A stretch of 64,000 bases of DNA, from positions 128,001-192,000 of the IMG/VR virus record IMGVR_UViG_3300021431_000075. The stretch is one strand, 5' to 3'. The position numbers and the translations under genes are program-made. The notes beneath the pieces were generated by a model. The model saw nothing but the letters and a program-made list of their open reading frames with translations, ran no database searches and had not been told where the DNA came from. Of this stretch, positions 47,196 to 57,176 are shown one piece after another. The stretch's first letter is position 1. The number at the start of each line of letters is the position of its first letter. The stretch is from a virus. Its lineage: Duplodnaviria; Caudoviricetes.

Positions 47196-47822
47196 TCATT
47201 TCATTTTCTCTTTATGCCTGATCCATCTGTTCAATGTTCCAATATCACGACGCTTCTCATGAACGCTCTCATCTTGTTCTTTCTTTTCCGGAACCACCGG
47301 CTTCTCTGGTCCGTCATCTCCTGAACTCCTTGAACCAAAACTCGATTCGTTCAGTTCATAACATCTCTGATCTGCAATTTCTTCATCCATCATGAATTCA
47401 CAGAATCTATGTTCTGTGAACAGAATGTTCATTATCTCTCCAATGACATCAGCCAGTTCAAACTTCTTCAATTTTCCAGTTCGCCATACAGAGAACCTTC
47501 TAATTAAAGACGAATATCTATTGTTTATCAAAGCCTCATCTATGATATAAGATATCATCGTAAACTCGTCAGCATGAGCAACCAAAGAAAACATTTCATC
47601 TTCCAGAATCATCACATCAAAAAGTCTGTACATAATGTAATGAGGAATTCCATAAAGTCCTTCCAAACGACGGATTCCATACAGAGAGAAGATGTTCACA
47701 TTCACAACTTTGCTTCCGTCAACATGCTTTGCGACACAAGCATTCCGAATCTCTCTCCGTATCTCTGCAAGAACCGTAAAGATTCCATATTTGTTATACT
47801 TCTCTGGTTCCATCAACATCAA
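47196..47822 (-). CDS. YSS..RR paralog family member
   Basis: NRYSSLIRRF...LNRWI. Confidence 0.75.
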   Translation of the reverse strand: MMLMEPEKYNKYGIFTVLAEIRREIRNACVAKHVDGSKVVNVNIFSLYGIRRLEGLYGIPHYIMYRLFDVMILEDEMFSLVAHADEFTMISYIIDEALINNRYSSLIRRFSVWRTGKLKKFELADVIGEIMNILFTEHRFCEFMMDEEIADQRCYELNESSFGSRSSGDDGPEKPVVPEKKEQDESVHEKRRDIGTLNRWIRHKEKMK

Positions 47823-47832
47823 ATAAAATCAT

Positions 47833-48330
47833 TCAACTTTTACCGCCAACAATAATAAAAAGAAAGACAACACACAGAATACCAATCGCTCGGATGATGC
47901 CCCATAAAAGGTTATTTGGATAAAACATCAACCCTGTCGGATACGTCAACTTCGTTCCGCTCTCTCCGTTATCAGTCAACGTCTCTCGGAGCTTCATCAG
48001 AACGTTCGTCTTTTCGAACTGGGACTTTCCTCTTGCTTCATCAAGTTCTTTCTTGGAATCTTTCAAGTTCCTGTACCAGAATCCTACGTTCTCATCTTCC
48101 GTTTTATACAACACAGAAGTGTATCCGTCAGTCCATCCTTTGTACTCGATATAATCAAGCGCTTTTCCAAGTCTTTCCGATGCAACTTCAACTGTATTAG
48201 CATCAGCACTCTGCTTAAGGTAACCAGTACAGTTCTGCTTGAACTGAATTCTCTGATAAATCCACAAGCCGCCAATCGCCAGGGCGACAAATGTAATTAA
48301 AATGCTTAATAAGCAACCAAGATTTTTCAT
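47833..48330 (-). CDS. membrane protein (N- and C-terminal TM helices)
   Basis: Hydrophobic termini around a soluble domain. Confidence 0.75.
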   Translation of the reverse strand: MKNLGCLLSILITFVALAIGGLWIYQRIQFKQNCTGYLKQSADANTVEVASERLGKALDYIEYKGWTDGYTSVLYKTEDENVGFWYRNLKDSKKELDEARGKSQFEKTNVLMKLRETLTDNGESGTKLTYPTGLMFYPNNLLWGIIRAIGILCVVFLFIIVGGKS

Positions 48331-48365
48331 GTAACTTTTTAATTTTAATTGTTTAAGAATTTCAT

Positions 48366-48986
48366 TTATTGTTTATTGTTTCGATTTTCATTTATTTTCT
48401 TCCGAAGCCAAGAATTCATTATCTTTGACTCGTCATGCTCAATTTTATCCACATCTGATGTTTCACCGCTATCTTTCTTGTACATATCTTCAACTTTTGC
48501 CACCAACTCGTTATTCAACTCCAGACATTGTTTCATAAGATAGTCTTTGTCAAGTGAAAATTCACTAAACATATGAATTTTACCAAGTGTTTCAAGAACA
48601 AGCCTTGTTATGTTTTTGACTTCATCTATATTGAAGTGTCTGGTACATTTTGTTTTGAATCTCCTTAATACAGAACTATACCTCGCTTCTTCTATGGCAT
48701 CTTCAACACAAGACGCAGTTCTTTCAAAATCATTATAACTTGCAAAAGAAAACAAATTTTCACTCACTTGCCAAATGGCAAAGAGTTTATATACATTGAA
48801 CGGGATGTATCCGTCGCACTCAAGCTTTCCGCGACGCATGCCACTCACGCAACAAATGTTCTTATTGCTGTCATTAGATAAATTCGAGCATACATTTGCA
48901 ATCGTATTGACTAAAGAATCGATGCCGCGGTAGTCGCTAAAAAAACATCCACCTACGCTATCTTCTGCATAATCATCCTCGTTCAT
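48366..48986 (-). CDS. YSS..RR paralog family member
   Basis: ARYSSVLRRF...FNIDE...MNSWL. Confidence 0.75.
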   Translation of the reverse strand: MNEDDYAEDSVGGCFFSDYRGIDSLVNTIANVCSNLSNDSNKNICCVSGMRRGKLECDGYIPFNVYKLFAIWQVSENLFSFASYNDFERTASCVEDAIEEARYSSVLRRFKTKCTRHFNIDEVKNITRLVLETLGKIHMFSEFSLDKDYLMKQCLELNNELVAKVEDMYKKDSGETSDVDKIEHDESKIMNSWLRKKINENRNNKQ

Positions 48987-49001
48987 TTTCCTTCTTCTAA
49001 G

Positions 49002-49454
49002 TTATTGTTGAACAATCCAACTGTTTATCTTTTTATTTCTAATGCATTTCTTACATAACCGCTCTTTCTCTCTTTCAAGTTCATCAGCATCGAATGACAA
49101 CATAATGATTCTATCTCCACACGCCTCTTTACAAAACTCTCTAATTATCCACATGGTCTCATCAATGTTGAATTCCTTAAAGAAACAACACCACAACCGT
49201 CTAAGCCAAGATGAATATTCACAGTTTATAAACAAACGTTCCAATATATCATATTCACGATTATTAAAACCGTAATCAATAGAGAAATTGAATCTTTTAT
49301 TGCTATGCTTAAAAATCTTAAACATCGGAAAAACTGCATAGTCTCCTCCGCCGTTGAAACTTTTCAAGCAATATAGCACATCAGACCACTGTGAATCATC
49401 AAGTTCAAGCAGTCGTTTTCTGAAATAAAAAAGTTCTCTCGATGTCATAATCAC
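49002..49454 (-). CDS. YSS..RR paralog family member
   Basis: EYSSWLRRL...FNIDE...INSWI. Confidence 0.75.
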   Translation of the reverse strand: MIMTSRELFYFRKRLLELDDSQWSDVLYCLKSFNGGGDYAVFPMFKIFKHSNKRFNFSIDYGFNNREYDILERLFINCEYSSWLRRLWCCFFKEFNIDETMWIIREFCKEACGDRIIMLSFDADELEREKERLCKKCIRNKKINSWIVQQ

Positions 49455-49954
49455 TTAAACATCTCTTCAATGTCTACTTCTTCTCCGTTAAGCATTCTCT
49501 TCAATCCATGTTCAACATTTCGACCAATCTTGCTGAAATATAAAAATAGAACCGAAGAATAAAAATACATCGTCAGAAGCCAGATGTTCCTGTTAAATAG
49601 CAATTGCGACCCTTTCGGCAGAAACTCATAAATGATTCTTGAAACACAAACAGCACCAAGAACTGTAAGAAACTCTATGCTAATCATGTTCTTAAAACAA
49701 CCCGTCATTTCCATTGTCGGTTCCATCTGTTCCTTGTTCTCCACTGTCACTTCAAGCATCACTACAGAACGAGCATATGTCCAGATAAACAACAAGAACA
49801 CGAAGATTATCAAAAGATTCAACCAGTCAGGAATAACACTTCCTTGCATATGATTCCTGAAGATGAAGGAGAAAATGACAGATACACCAGTACCATTAAA
49901 TAGCATTTTAAAACCTGACGTTTCGGTAAGTCTAATGTCTTTTGAAGTTTTCAT
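49451..49954 (-). CDS. multi-pass membrane protein
   Basis: About four hydrophobic segments. Confidence 0.7.
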   Translation of the reverse strand: MKTSKDIRLTETSGFKMLFNGTGVSVIFSFIFRNHMQGSVIPDWLNLLIIFVFLLFIWTYARSVVMLEVTVENKEQMEPTMEMTGCFKNMISIEFLTVLGAVCVSRIIYEFLPKGSQLLFNRNIWLLTMYFYSSVLFLYFSKIGRNVEHGLKRMLNGEEVDIEEMFK

Positions 49955-49998
49955 AATTTGTATTTTCTTTGATTATAATTCATAAATTTGTGTAATTA

Positions 49999-50388
49999 TT
50001 ATTTTTCAGTTGCAAAAAATACATGTCGGCATCCACGTCCTTCAATCATCTTCACGAACTCGTTGGCAATCCAAATCAGTTCGTCAAACTTGAACTTCAT
50101 TGTCAAGCAAGCGCAAATCCGCCTAAAAACTGATGAATATCTACATCTCCATATAGATAAGTCAAGAATCCTTAAATAATAATCATCGAGACCTTCTCCG
50201 GGAACGAATCTGTAATCACAATCATCAATCCGCTTAACGTTGAACAACACAACCTCATCGTCATAGTCACTCTCGATGATTCTCCGTTCTGCAAGCAGAC
50301 TTTCAGAAGTTTCTCCGGCAGCAAGCCGCTTGACCATCAGTCCGAAATCCATTATGAAGTCACTGCCTTTATAGAATTTATGATCCAT
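49999..50388 (-). CDS. YSS..RR paralog family member
   Basis: CRYSSVFRRI...FKFDE. Confidence 0.7.
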   Translation of the reverse strand: MDHKFYKGSDFIMDFGLMVKRLAAGETSESLLAERRIIESDYDDEVVLFNVKRIDDCDYRFVPGEGLDDYYLRILDLSIWRCRYSSVFRRICACLTMKFKFDELIWIANEFVKMIEGRGCRHVFFATEK

Positions 50389-50401
50389 ATTTTCTTAACA
50401 A

Positions 50402-50608
50402 TTACTTGTTCGTGCTTCCGTTCTTATTCTTTGATTCTCTTGCCATACGCTTCCTCAACTTTGTCAACTCGAAGTTGTCCATGAGAATCTTTGCAGGCAA
50501 CGCGGGATCCATCTTTTCCGGAATCTCCTTGTCGCTAACAATCTCGCGGACCTTTTTCATCATCTCCAAATATCTGTCAAGCGCGCTCGGCTTATCCATA
50601 CAAATCAA
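50402..50608 (-). CDS. hypothetical protein
   Basis: Short coupled ORF. Confidence 0.55.
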   Translation of the reverse strand: MICMDKPSALDRYLEMMKKVREIVSDKEIPEKMDPALPAKILMDNFELTKLRKRMARESKNKNGSTNK

Positions 50609-51078
50609 TTTTCAATTTCAACAGCATCTTTCTTTATAGAGAAATAACTATCAAACCTATCATCAAACCAATAACTGATATTATCAATCAAGTCGTTAGA
50701 ACTGTTAGTAAGTTCAATGCCGCTAAGAGGCAGCTTGGACCTCAAGCAAAAGAACCCGACCGGTTCTCTATCTGCATTCTCTGCAACAACTTCCCAAAGA
50801 CCGTCAGAGTAGTTTCGATCCGTGCATCTTGCAAGTCTTGCAATAATTGATACATCATAGCATCTGAACCAGATGCAATACGACATCTCTCCATGACCAC
50901 AGCAAGACTCGCTTGTCGCAACTCCGGGAATCCTGTTCAGCATATCGCACAAAGCAATGCATTCATTGTCTATATCATTCGGCAGGACTATCGCCGGTTT
51001 CTCTCTTAACTTCATAAGCAACTGTTTCTTTATTGATGTTACGATTTTCAGAAATCTCACAAATAAACGGTTTATCAA
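50605..51078 (-). CDS. hypothetical protein with T.ESCCGH motif (Tyw3-like pattern)
   Basis: IDNECIALC..LN..PGVATSESCCGH; start uncertain. Confidence 0.6.
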   Translation of the reverse strand: MINRLFVRFLKIVTSIKKQLLMKLREKPAIVLPNDIDNECIALCDMLNRIPGVATSESCCGHGEMSYCIWFRCYDVSIIARLARCTDRNYSDGLWEVVAENADREPVGFFCLRSKLPLSGIELTNSSNDLIDNISYWFDDRFDSYFSIKKDAVEIEN

Positions 51079-51949
51079 CCGTCACAGGATTTGACATCAT
51101 GCGGATATCATCCATGATTCGTTCCACATAGTCAAGACCGTCTCTGATTTTTCTCGGAAGTGTTCCCCACTCCCTGATGGCGGAAACTTTCTTCCGGCAC
51201 GGTTCAACAATCTCGTTTGCTTTGACCATAAGCCCGTGCGATGCAAGTTCTGTAGCGGTCAAAAGCCTGCGCTTAATCTCTCCAATCTCACACTGCATTT
51301 CATGTCTCTTGTCCTTGAGAGTCCGTTGCATCAACTTGCACTTGCGAATCATCTCGCTTTTCTTTTCTTCTTGCTTGAGCGTTCCAAGAATCCTTATAAG
51401 CGCGTGAGCCATGCTTGCACCGATTTCTGTATAGAGAAACCTGTCTTTCAAAACTTCTTTCAAGAAATCATAGGTTCTCTCGATAAGAATCTCCTTATAT
51501 GACAATGCCTTTGATTCATGCACACCGTCCTCACTTTTCCTTGCAGCACGCTCATAGTATGATAGCATCTTCTCCATATCCAGAAGATTTGACGCTTTTT
51601 CCTTTGCAGTCTCGATTCGCTTGAACTCCATGTCAAGCATCCAAACATTTTGGTTAAGTTCATCAACACCCATCTTCATCAGAGATTCATCGCCGCTCTG
51701 TTTCTGATCGCATTCTGTTGCATCATGCTTGGTATAAGTCTCCGATTTGGCAAGTTTTTCTCTTGAAGTCACATGCCACCCGCCGCAAGCAGCGCAGTAA
51801 TATGCACGGACTGGCTTCTTTCCAGTCTTGGACTCGGCACCGATCTCATCCGCGTTACGTCTAATAAAGTTTTCAGCCTTGTTCTTTGTCTCGAACAGAA
51901 GCTTTGCCCGACCTGCATAAGCGCAGAACACTCTGTTCTTCGGTCTCAT
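50975..51949 (-). CDS. hypothetical protein with N-terminal Zn-binding motif
   Basis: RAYYCAACGGWHVTS; preceded by TATATTTGC near 51977. Confidence 0.75.
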   Translation of the reverse strand: MRPKNRVFCAYAGRAKLLFETKNKAENFIRRNADEIGAESKTGKKPVRAYYCAACGGWHVTSREKLAKSETYTKHDATECDQKQSGDESLMKMGVDELNQNVWMLDMEFKRIETAKEKASNLLDMEKMLSYYERAARKSEDGVHESKALSYKEILIERTYDFLKEVLKDRFLYTEIGASMAHALIRILGTLKQEEKKSEMIRKCKLMQRTLKDKRHEMQCEIGEIKRRLLTATELASHGLMVKANEIVEPCRKKVSAIREWGTLPRKIRDGLDYVERIMDDIRMMSNPVTVDKPFICEISENRNINKETVAYEVKRETGDSPAE

Positions 51950-52064
51950 ATGTTACAGTATTTTAATTTCATTATGCAAATATAGCAACATTTTATGAAA
52001 TCGCAAAACTTTTGATTGTTAATTATCATTAAATCTGTTGAGATAAGACATCTCAACAAAATGC

Positions 52065-52655
52065 TCATTTACCATAGCATCTGAATCTTGACGTACAGCA
52101 AGGACATCCGTGCGTAACCAGATGCTGGTACGGAGTCTGCCAGAACTCTCCGTGAAGCGGACACTTCATCTTCATCTTGGAATTCACAGTATCATAGGTC
52201 TCTCCGTAGTACTTGAACTTATCGCCATGGACTTCCCTTGCCCGGCGTACAAACTCTGTAAAAGACACTCGCTTTCTCGGAATCTTTCCTGCACAGTACG
52301 GACATCCCTGACCTTTGATATGATTGTACGGGGTTGTTCTGAAGTCTCCATGCTCACGACATGTAACAATGACATTGATTTTAGAATTCACATACTTGGA
52401 CTTTGAATAGTCATACCTGTCGCCGTGAACCTTTCTCGCTTTCTCTATGAACTCTTCAGTCGAGCGACGTGTGTTTCCAGCACAAATGGGACATTTGGAA
52501 CCTTTCAGATGATTCCGAGCCGTCTGTGTGAACTCTCCGTGTTCCGGACAGATGATGCGCACTTTCTTCGTCGTGTTCACATAACCCGCTTTGGAGTAGT
52601 CGTACTTGTCGCCGTGAACCTGACGCGCTTTCTCTATGAACTCTTCTTCCGTCAT
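52065..52655 (-). CDS. Zn-ribbon repeat protein (3 DUF723-like repeats)
   Basis: EEFIEKAR.VHGDKYDYS...IICPEHGEF.Q...HL.G..CP.C x3. Confidence 0.88.
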   Translation of the reverse strand: MTEEEFIEKARQVHGDKYDYSKAGYVNTTKKVRIICPEHGEFTQTARNHLKGSKCPICAGNTRRSTEEFIEKARKVHGDRYDYSKSKYVNSKINVIVTCREHGDFRTTPYNHIKGQGCPYCAGKIPRKRVSFTEFVRRAREVHGDKFKYYGETYDTVNSKMKMKCPLHGEFWQTPYQHLVTHGCPCCTSRFRCYGK

Positions 52656-52667
52656 CTTGCTATTGTT

Positions 52668-52961
52668 CTACTCTTCCACATAACTCCATCTGACAACATC
52701 AGTGTCTATCTGATAACCAGCAGGGATTAAAAACTGTTCATGATATGTGTCATACTCGATTACATCCTCGACTTCTGTCCAAGTCTTAAGAACCGCTTTA
52801 ACTTTAACAAAGCGTTCTCCGTGTCTGCTTTCTGGCTTATCCATTTCCAAATTTGATTTGAAGATTTTCTTTATAACACCATTTGATTTTATCTTCCATA
52901 GCATCTTCGTCTTGAAGAGCATTCCGGACAACCATATGACTTCAGCAACAAGCTCGGACAT
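52668..52961 (-). CDS. hypothetical protein (start uncertain)
   Basis: Overlaps the upstream ORF; C-terminal VVRWSY. Confidence 0.45.
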   Translation of the reverse strand: MSELVAEVIWLSGMLFKTKMLWKIKSNGVIKKIFKSNLEMDKPESRHGERFVKVKAVLKTWTEVEDVIEYDTYHEQFLIPAGYQIDTDVVRWSYVEE

Positions 52962-53281
52962 TGCTCAAAGTCACCATGCTCCCTGCATGTGATTCTCATC
53001 TTGGCATTCATGTTTCTAAACTCGCTCTTATAATAAACGAACTTGTCTCCATGAACCTTGCTTGCACGTTCAACAAACTCTTCAAATGTGACTTTCCGAT
53101 TGCTGGAGCATTTCGGACAACCTTTTCCACGCAAGTGATTGTAAGGGTCCTGCCAGAACTCGCCATGCTCATGACAAATGATGCAAACCTTCGTGTTCCA
53201 ACTAACAAAAACAGTCTTTGTATAGTCGTACTTGTCGCCATGCACTTTCTTTGCTCTCTCTATGAATTCTTCCGTTGTCAT
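52889..53281 (-). CDS. Zn-ribbon repeat protein (2 repeats)
   Basis: MTTEEFIERAKKVHGDKYDY... x2. Confidence 0.85.
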   Translation of the reverse strand: MTTEEFIERAKKVHGDKYDYTKTVFVSWNTKVCIICHEHGEFWQDPYNHLRGKGCPKCSSNRKVTFEEFVERASKVHGDKFVYYKSEFRNMNAKMRITCREHGDFEQCPSLLLKSYGCPECSSRRRCYGR

Positions 53282-53332
53282 CGATACCGATATTTTTAAA
53301 AACAACAAAATGCTAAAAAATCAAACAAATAA

Positions 53333-53764
53333 TCAATCCTGATTAGAACAAGCCTTGTATTCTGAACAAAACTCATTGTGCTTCTTGACAAAGATATTTG
53401 CTATGTCTTTCAGGTTCTTGATGGTCTGCTCGTCGATTTCAAACTTGGAATAGTTCTTGTTTCCGTATTCAATATATTTGAATATCTTGCTGAATTCATC
53501 TATGCATTTTCCATAGCAATCCTGAGCAAGCTCGCATGAATAGAACTTCTCTTTGTAAGAAGCAAAGTACTCCGAAAGGAAATCCATATAAATATCCATT
53601 TCTTCTTCTGTCGGCTTCCTGCTTTCTTTTCCTACTTTCATATCTTCGAACCTGAACTTTTCATCCAGATACCAAGAATCGGTCACTGTCTGATAATATT
53701 CTTTTGTGAATAACTCATCCGCACGGACCTGTGCAAGTTTTTGTATAAATTCTTTTGACAACAT
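53333..53764 (-). CDS. hypothetical protein
   Basis: 143-aa ORF. Confidence 0.7.
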   Translation of the reverse strand: MLSKEFIQKLAQVRADELFTKEYYQTVTDSWYLDEKFRFEDMKVGKESRKPTEEEMDIYMDFLSEYFASYKEKFYSCELAQDCYGKCIDEFSKIFKYIEYGNKNYSKFEIDEQTIKNLKDIANIFVKKHNEFCSEYKACSNQD

Positions 53765-53794
53765 AGTTGTATATTTTTAGTTGATTGAACTATA

Positions 53795-54250
53795 TCATTT
53801 CTCATCTATGAAAGATTGCATGTCTTTTACGATTTCAACTTCTCGCAATTCTTCTAAATGCTTCTTCATGAAATCTGTTAGCGCGGCGACATCTCCGTTC
53901 TTGTTTGGAAATCCGTTCGGATATAATGAAACTTCGATGTTCGGAACAAAACAGAAGACTTCCATAGAATTATCGTGATCAGCATTCGTCAAGTAACGCA
54001 TTATTGCCACTCTGTCATTCACAACATCTTTCTTTTCCGTATCCGCGTCAAAAGCAACGATTATCTTATCAATCTCACTGTATTGACCTCGCTTCAACCG
54101 AATCGTTCTTGCAACAGAAGACATATTTGCAAAGCTGCTAACAGGAACTTGATAAACATGTTCATACATTTCGCAATTCAACAAAGTGTGGATTATCCTT
54201 GCATCTATCTGACTTTCCGCTATAATGAATAATGATTTCACTGTGTCCAT
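53795..54250 (-). CDS. stand-alone TOPRIM-like protein
   Basis: FIIAES.ID and IIVAFDAD motifs; preceded by TATATTTGC near 54298. Confidence 0.55.
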   Translation of the reverse strand: MDTVKSLFIIAESQIDARIIHTLLNCEMYEHVYQVPVSSFANMSSVARTIRLKRGQYSEIDKIIVAFDADTEKKDVVNDRVAIMRYLTNADHDNSMEVFCFVPNIEVSLYPNGFPNKNGDVAALTDFMKKHLEELREVEIVKDMQSFIDEK

Positions 54251-54385
54251 ATCCAGATTATAATTTATTTGTTTAATTGTTGTTCTGGTTTCTTTCTGCA
54301 AATATAGCAATAATATACCGAATACAAATAACAATGCATGTTAAACTATGTTAAAAATCAAGAAAAATATTTCAGATATAATTGC

Positions 54386-55366
54386 TTACATTTTCTCTTT
54401 CTTTCCAAGAGAACATTTTGGACATCCACAACCACGAAAATGCACAGCCGGTCTCTGCAAGAACTCTCCGTGTTCAGCACACTTGATTATCACAGGAGTC
54501 GCATTGTTCAAATATTCGACCCGCGAATAGTCATACCTGTCTCCGTGGACTTTTCTTGCCTTTTCTATAAACTTTTCCTTGGTCATCCTCACATTCCCTG
54601 CACATTTCGGGCAACCCTGTCCGTTCAGATGCATAGAAGGAGTCTGCCAGAATTCTCCGTGTTCCGGACAAACAATACATACTTTTGTTGTCGCGCCTTG
54701 ATAAGCAACATTTGAATAGTCATACTTGTTTCCATGAATCTTGCGAGCCTGATTGATAAAATCTTCTGTCGTCTTTCTCTTTCCAACACATTTCGGACAT
54801 CCGGAACCGTTCAGATGTGCAATCGGGACTTGTTCGAAGTCACCATGTTCAGGACACCTAATCACTATCTTGGTGACTGTGTTCACATATTTTATCCCGG
54901 AATAGTCGTACTTGTTTCCATGCACTTCCCTTGCTCTCTGAATAAACTCATCTTTGCTCATCGTGCGCTTTGACGCGCTTACTGCAAAACCACATTTCGG
55001 ACAACCTCTTCCATGCAAGTGATTTGCAGCATTCTGCAAGAACTCTCCATGCTCCGGACATACAATCTTCACAAGAGACCTGTAGTTCAAATAGACAACC
55101 TGCGAATAGTCATACTTGTCGCCGTGAACTTCTCTTGCTTTCTTGATAAAATCATCAGTCGTGAATCTTATGTTACCGGCACACAACGAGCAACCGGCTC
55201 CGTTCAGGTGATTCGCCGGCGTCTGCCAGAACTCTCCATGTTCAGGACAGATAATGCACACTTTCACAAAGGAACCGTCATAGTTCACTTTGGAGTAGTC
55301 ATATTTGTTTCCATGCACTTTTCTTGCATGCTCTATGAACTCTTCTGTTGTGATTTTTCTTTTCAT
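54386..55366 (-). CDS. Zn-ribbon repeat protein (5 repeats)
   Basis: Start MKRKITTEEF; five VHG(N/D)(K/R)YDYS...C(P/A)EHG.F.Q...GC..C units; no nuclease domain visible. Confidence 0.9.
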   Translation of the reverse strand: MKRKITTEEFIEHARKVHGNKYDYSKVNYDGSFVKVCIICPEHGEFWQTPANHLNGAGCSLCAGNIRFTTDDFIKKAREVHGDKYDYSQVVYLNYRSLVKIVCPEHGEFLQNAANHLHGRGCPKCGFAVSASKRTMSKDEFIQRAREVHGNKYDYSGIKYVNTVTKIVIRCPEHGDFEQVPIAHLNGSGCPKCVGKRKTTEDFINQARKIHGNKYDYSNVAYQGATTKVCIVCPEHGEFWQTPSMHLNGQGCPKCAGNVRMTKEKFIEKARKVHGDRYDYSRVEYLNNATPVIIKCAEHGEFLQRPAVHFRGCGCPKCSLGKKEKM

Positions 55367-55553
55367 AATGTTTATTTGTTTAATTGCATTTGCAAAGATA
55401 CATAACTTTTGTAGCAAAAACAAAACTTATTGTGTTAATTTTTATTAATTCAGATAAATTAACTGACAAATAAATCGAATCCAAAATAAATATCTTGTGA
55501 TAATGTAACATAAAATAAGTACTTAAACCATAAAACTATCAGATTTAGAGCAG

Positions 55554-56048
55554 TTGACTATGAAGATGATGAACATTAATGAAACATTAAAGCACAAGCA
55601 TGTTGTGCCGACATTGTACACACTCATTTGGGCTGTGTCTCTTTTGATGTCGTTGGTCGGGGACACATTGCTTGCAAACTTAGGTTTGTTTCCGAGAATA
55701 ACATCAATTCATGGTGAAATAAGCTGGCTGTTCTGGTCTGTATATGTCGCGTTCTTATTCGAGTTCATCGTTTGTGCATTCGACTTGATAGTTCAATATA
55801 AGAATATGCGCTTTCATGGTCTTGTCCTATACAACCTCCTATATTTCGTCATCATCACCAGTGGCGTAGTCGTATTCTGGAACCTATATGACAAGTCAAT
55901 ATCAGGAGAAATCGCAAACAAGTCATTCTTCATCGTTATGGTACTTTTTGCCATCATGCAGAAATACCACACAACATGGCTTTCAAACAACATAGACAAA
56001 TATTTTGCAAACGATGCTCCGATAACCATACAGACGGAAGCTGCATAA
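55554..56048 (+). CDS. multi-pass membrane protein
   Basis: Four hydrophobic segments. Confidence 0.7.
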   Translation: MTMKMMNINETLKHKHVVPTLYTLIWAVSLLMSLVGDTLLANLGLFPRITSIHGEISWLFWSVYVAFLFEFIVCAFDLIVQYKNMRFHGLVLYNLLYFVIITSGVVVFWNLYDKSISGEIANKSFFIVMVLFAIMQKYHTTWLSNNIDKYFANDAPITIQTEAA

Positions 56049-56079
56049 TAAAAATGGATAGAAAAGTTTTTCAAGACAT

Positions 56080-56823
56080 ATGGACACTCTGATTCTAATT
56101 ATCCTCGCGGTCTGCATCGCACTTTTTATCATATTATTCGCGATGCTTGCAAACGCCGCATTAAAATGCGGAAAAACAGAGAGCAAGTTTCCGGTTGCTT
56201 GTGCCGGAGCGCTGGAAGAAAACGCAACATACTGGGGATACGGACTCTCCATGTACTCGAACGAATTCCTGTCCCCTGACGGAACTCCAATGAGTCCGGA
56301 CGATTATGACATCTACTCGACAAGCGGAGAGTCGATGAGCCTGTGCGGAATCCATGACGGCGCGCAACTGTTCGTGAGAAAGAAAGAAAAGCCGAATGTC
56401 GAAACGCTTGACTATCCGAAGATTCTCATACTCAACATAGACAAGAACACCAAAAAACAAGAACCGAAGTTCAAAGTCCGCAGGGCATGGAAAACAGTAA
56501 GACTCGGGGTTACAGACCTTGACAAAGCACTTGAAGAAATAAGAAATGAAGAAAAGTTCAAGAAACTGGAATCAAGCGACAAGTTCCCCGGATGGGACAA
56601 TATGAAAAAGTTATTCCATGATGAGAAATTGGAAACATACAAGAAAGAGTATCCGGACTGTGACAATGCCGGATCAAATAACAATCTCGCCATCATATCA
56701 ACCACGCTGCATGACAACACTATCAATTTCAGCATCCACCCGGCAAGAATCGTAAAGGGCGTTGTGGAGTGCTTCTACAACAAACCGAAAACGAAACATC
56801 AATCAGCCGGTTTGTACAATTAG
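56080..56823 (+). CDS. membrane-anchored S24/S26 peptidase-like protein
   Basis: N-terminal TM helix; TSGESM..GIHDG..LFV and downstream FKVRR. Confidence 0.55.
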   Translation: MDTLILIILAVCIALFIILFAMLANAALKCGKTESKFPVACAGALEENATYWGYGLSMYSNEFLSPDGTPMSPDDYDIYSTSGESMSLCGIHDGAQLFVRKKEKPNVETLDYPKILILNIDKNTKKQEPKFKVRRAWKTVRLGVTDLDKALEEIRNEEKFKKLESSDKFPGWDNMKKLFHDEKLETYKKEYPDCDNAGSNNNLAIISTTLHDNTINFSIHPARIVKGVVECFYNKPKTKHQSAGLYN

Positions 56824-56859
56824 AACCATAGAGTCAAAAAAGTAATGATAACTTACTCG

Positions 56860-57120
56860 TCACAGTTCTTTAACTGCATCAATTGGAATAGGTTCATAGA
56901 CTCTGCATTGCCAACAACCCTCTATATAGTTGTTCATTTCCGAATGCTCTGATGGGTCATACTCAACTTGAAGAAGAATTTCACCATATTGTCTTGCCTC
57001 TTCAATATCAGTTGCAAGATATGTTGCTCTGCTTTTTGCAAATTCTCGCATGCCGAACAATATACCCTCCTTTTGGATTCTCTTCCAATTTTCATCTGTC
57101 GTTCCGTGATAGAAAATCAT
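56860..57120 (-). CDS. minimal ADP-ribosyltransferase-like (NAD-binding) protein
   Basis: FYHGTT..NW..I.KEGI, TYLAT...ARQYG. Confidence 0.65.
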   Translation of the reverse strand: MIFYHGTTDENWKRIQKEGILFGMREFAKSRATYLATDIEEARQYGEILLQVEYDPSEHSEMNNYIEGCWQCRVYEPIPIDAVKEL

Positions 57121-57176
57121 TCTTTGCTTGTTTTATTGATTATAACTTATATGCAAATCATTACCAAAAACACACA

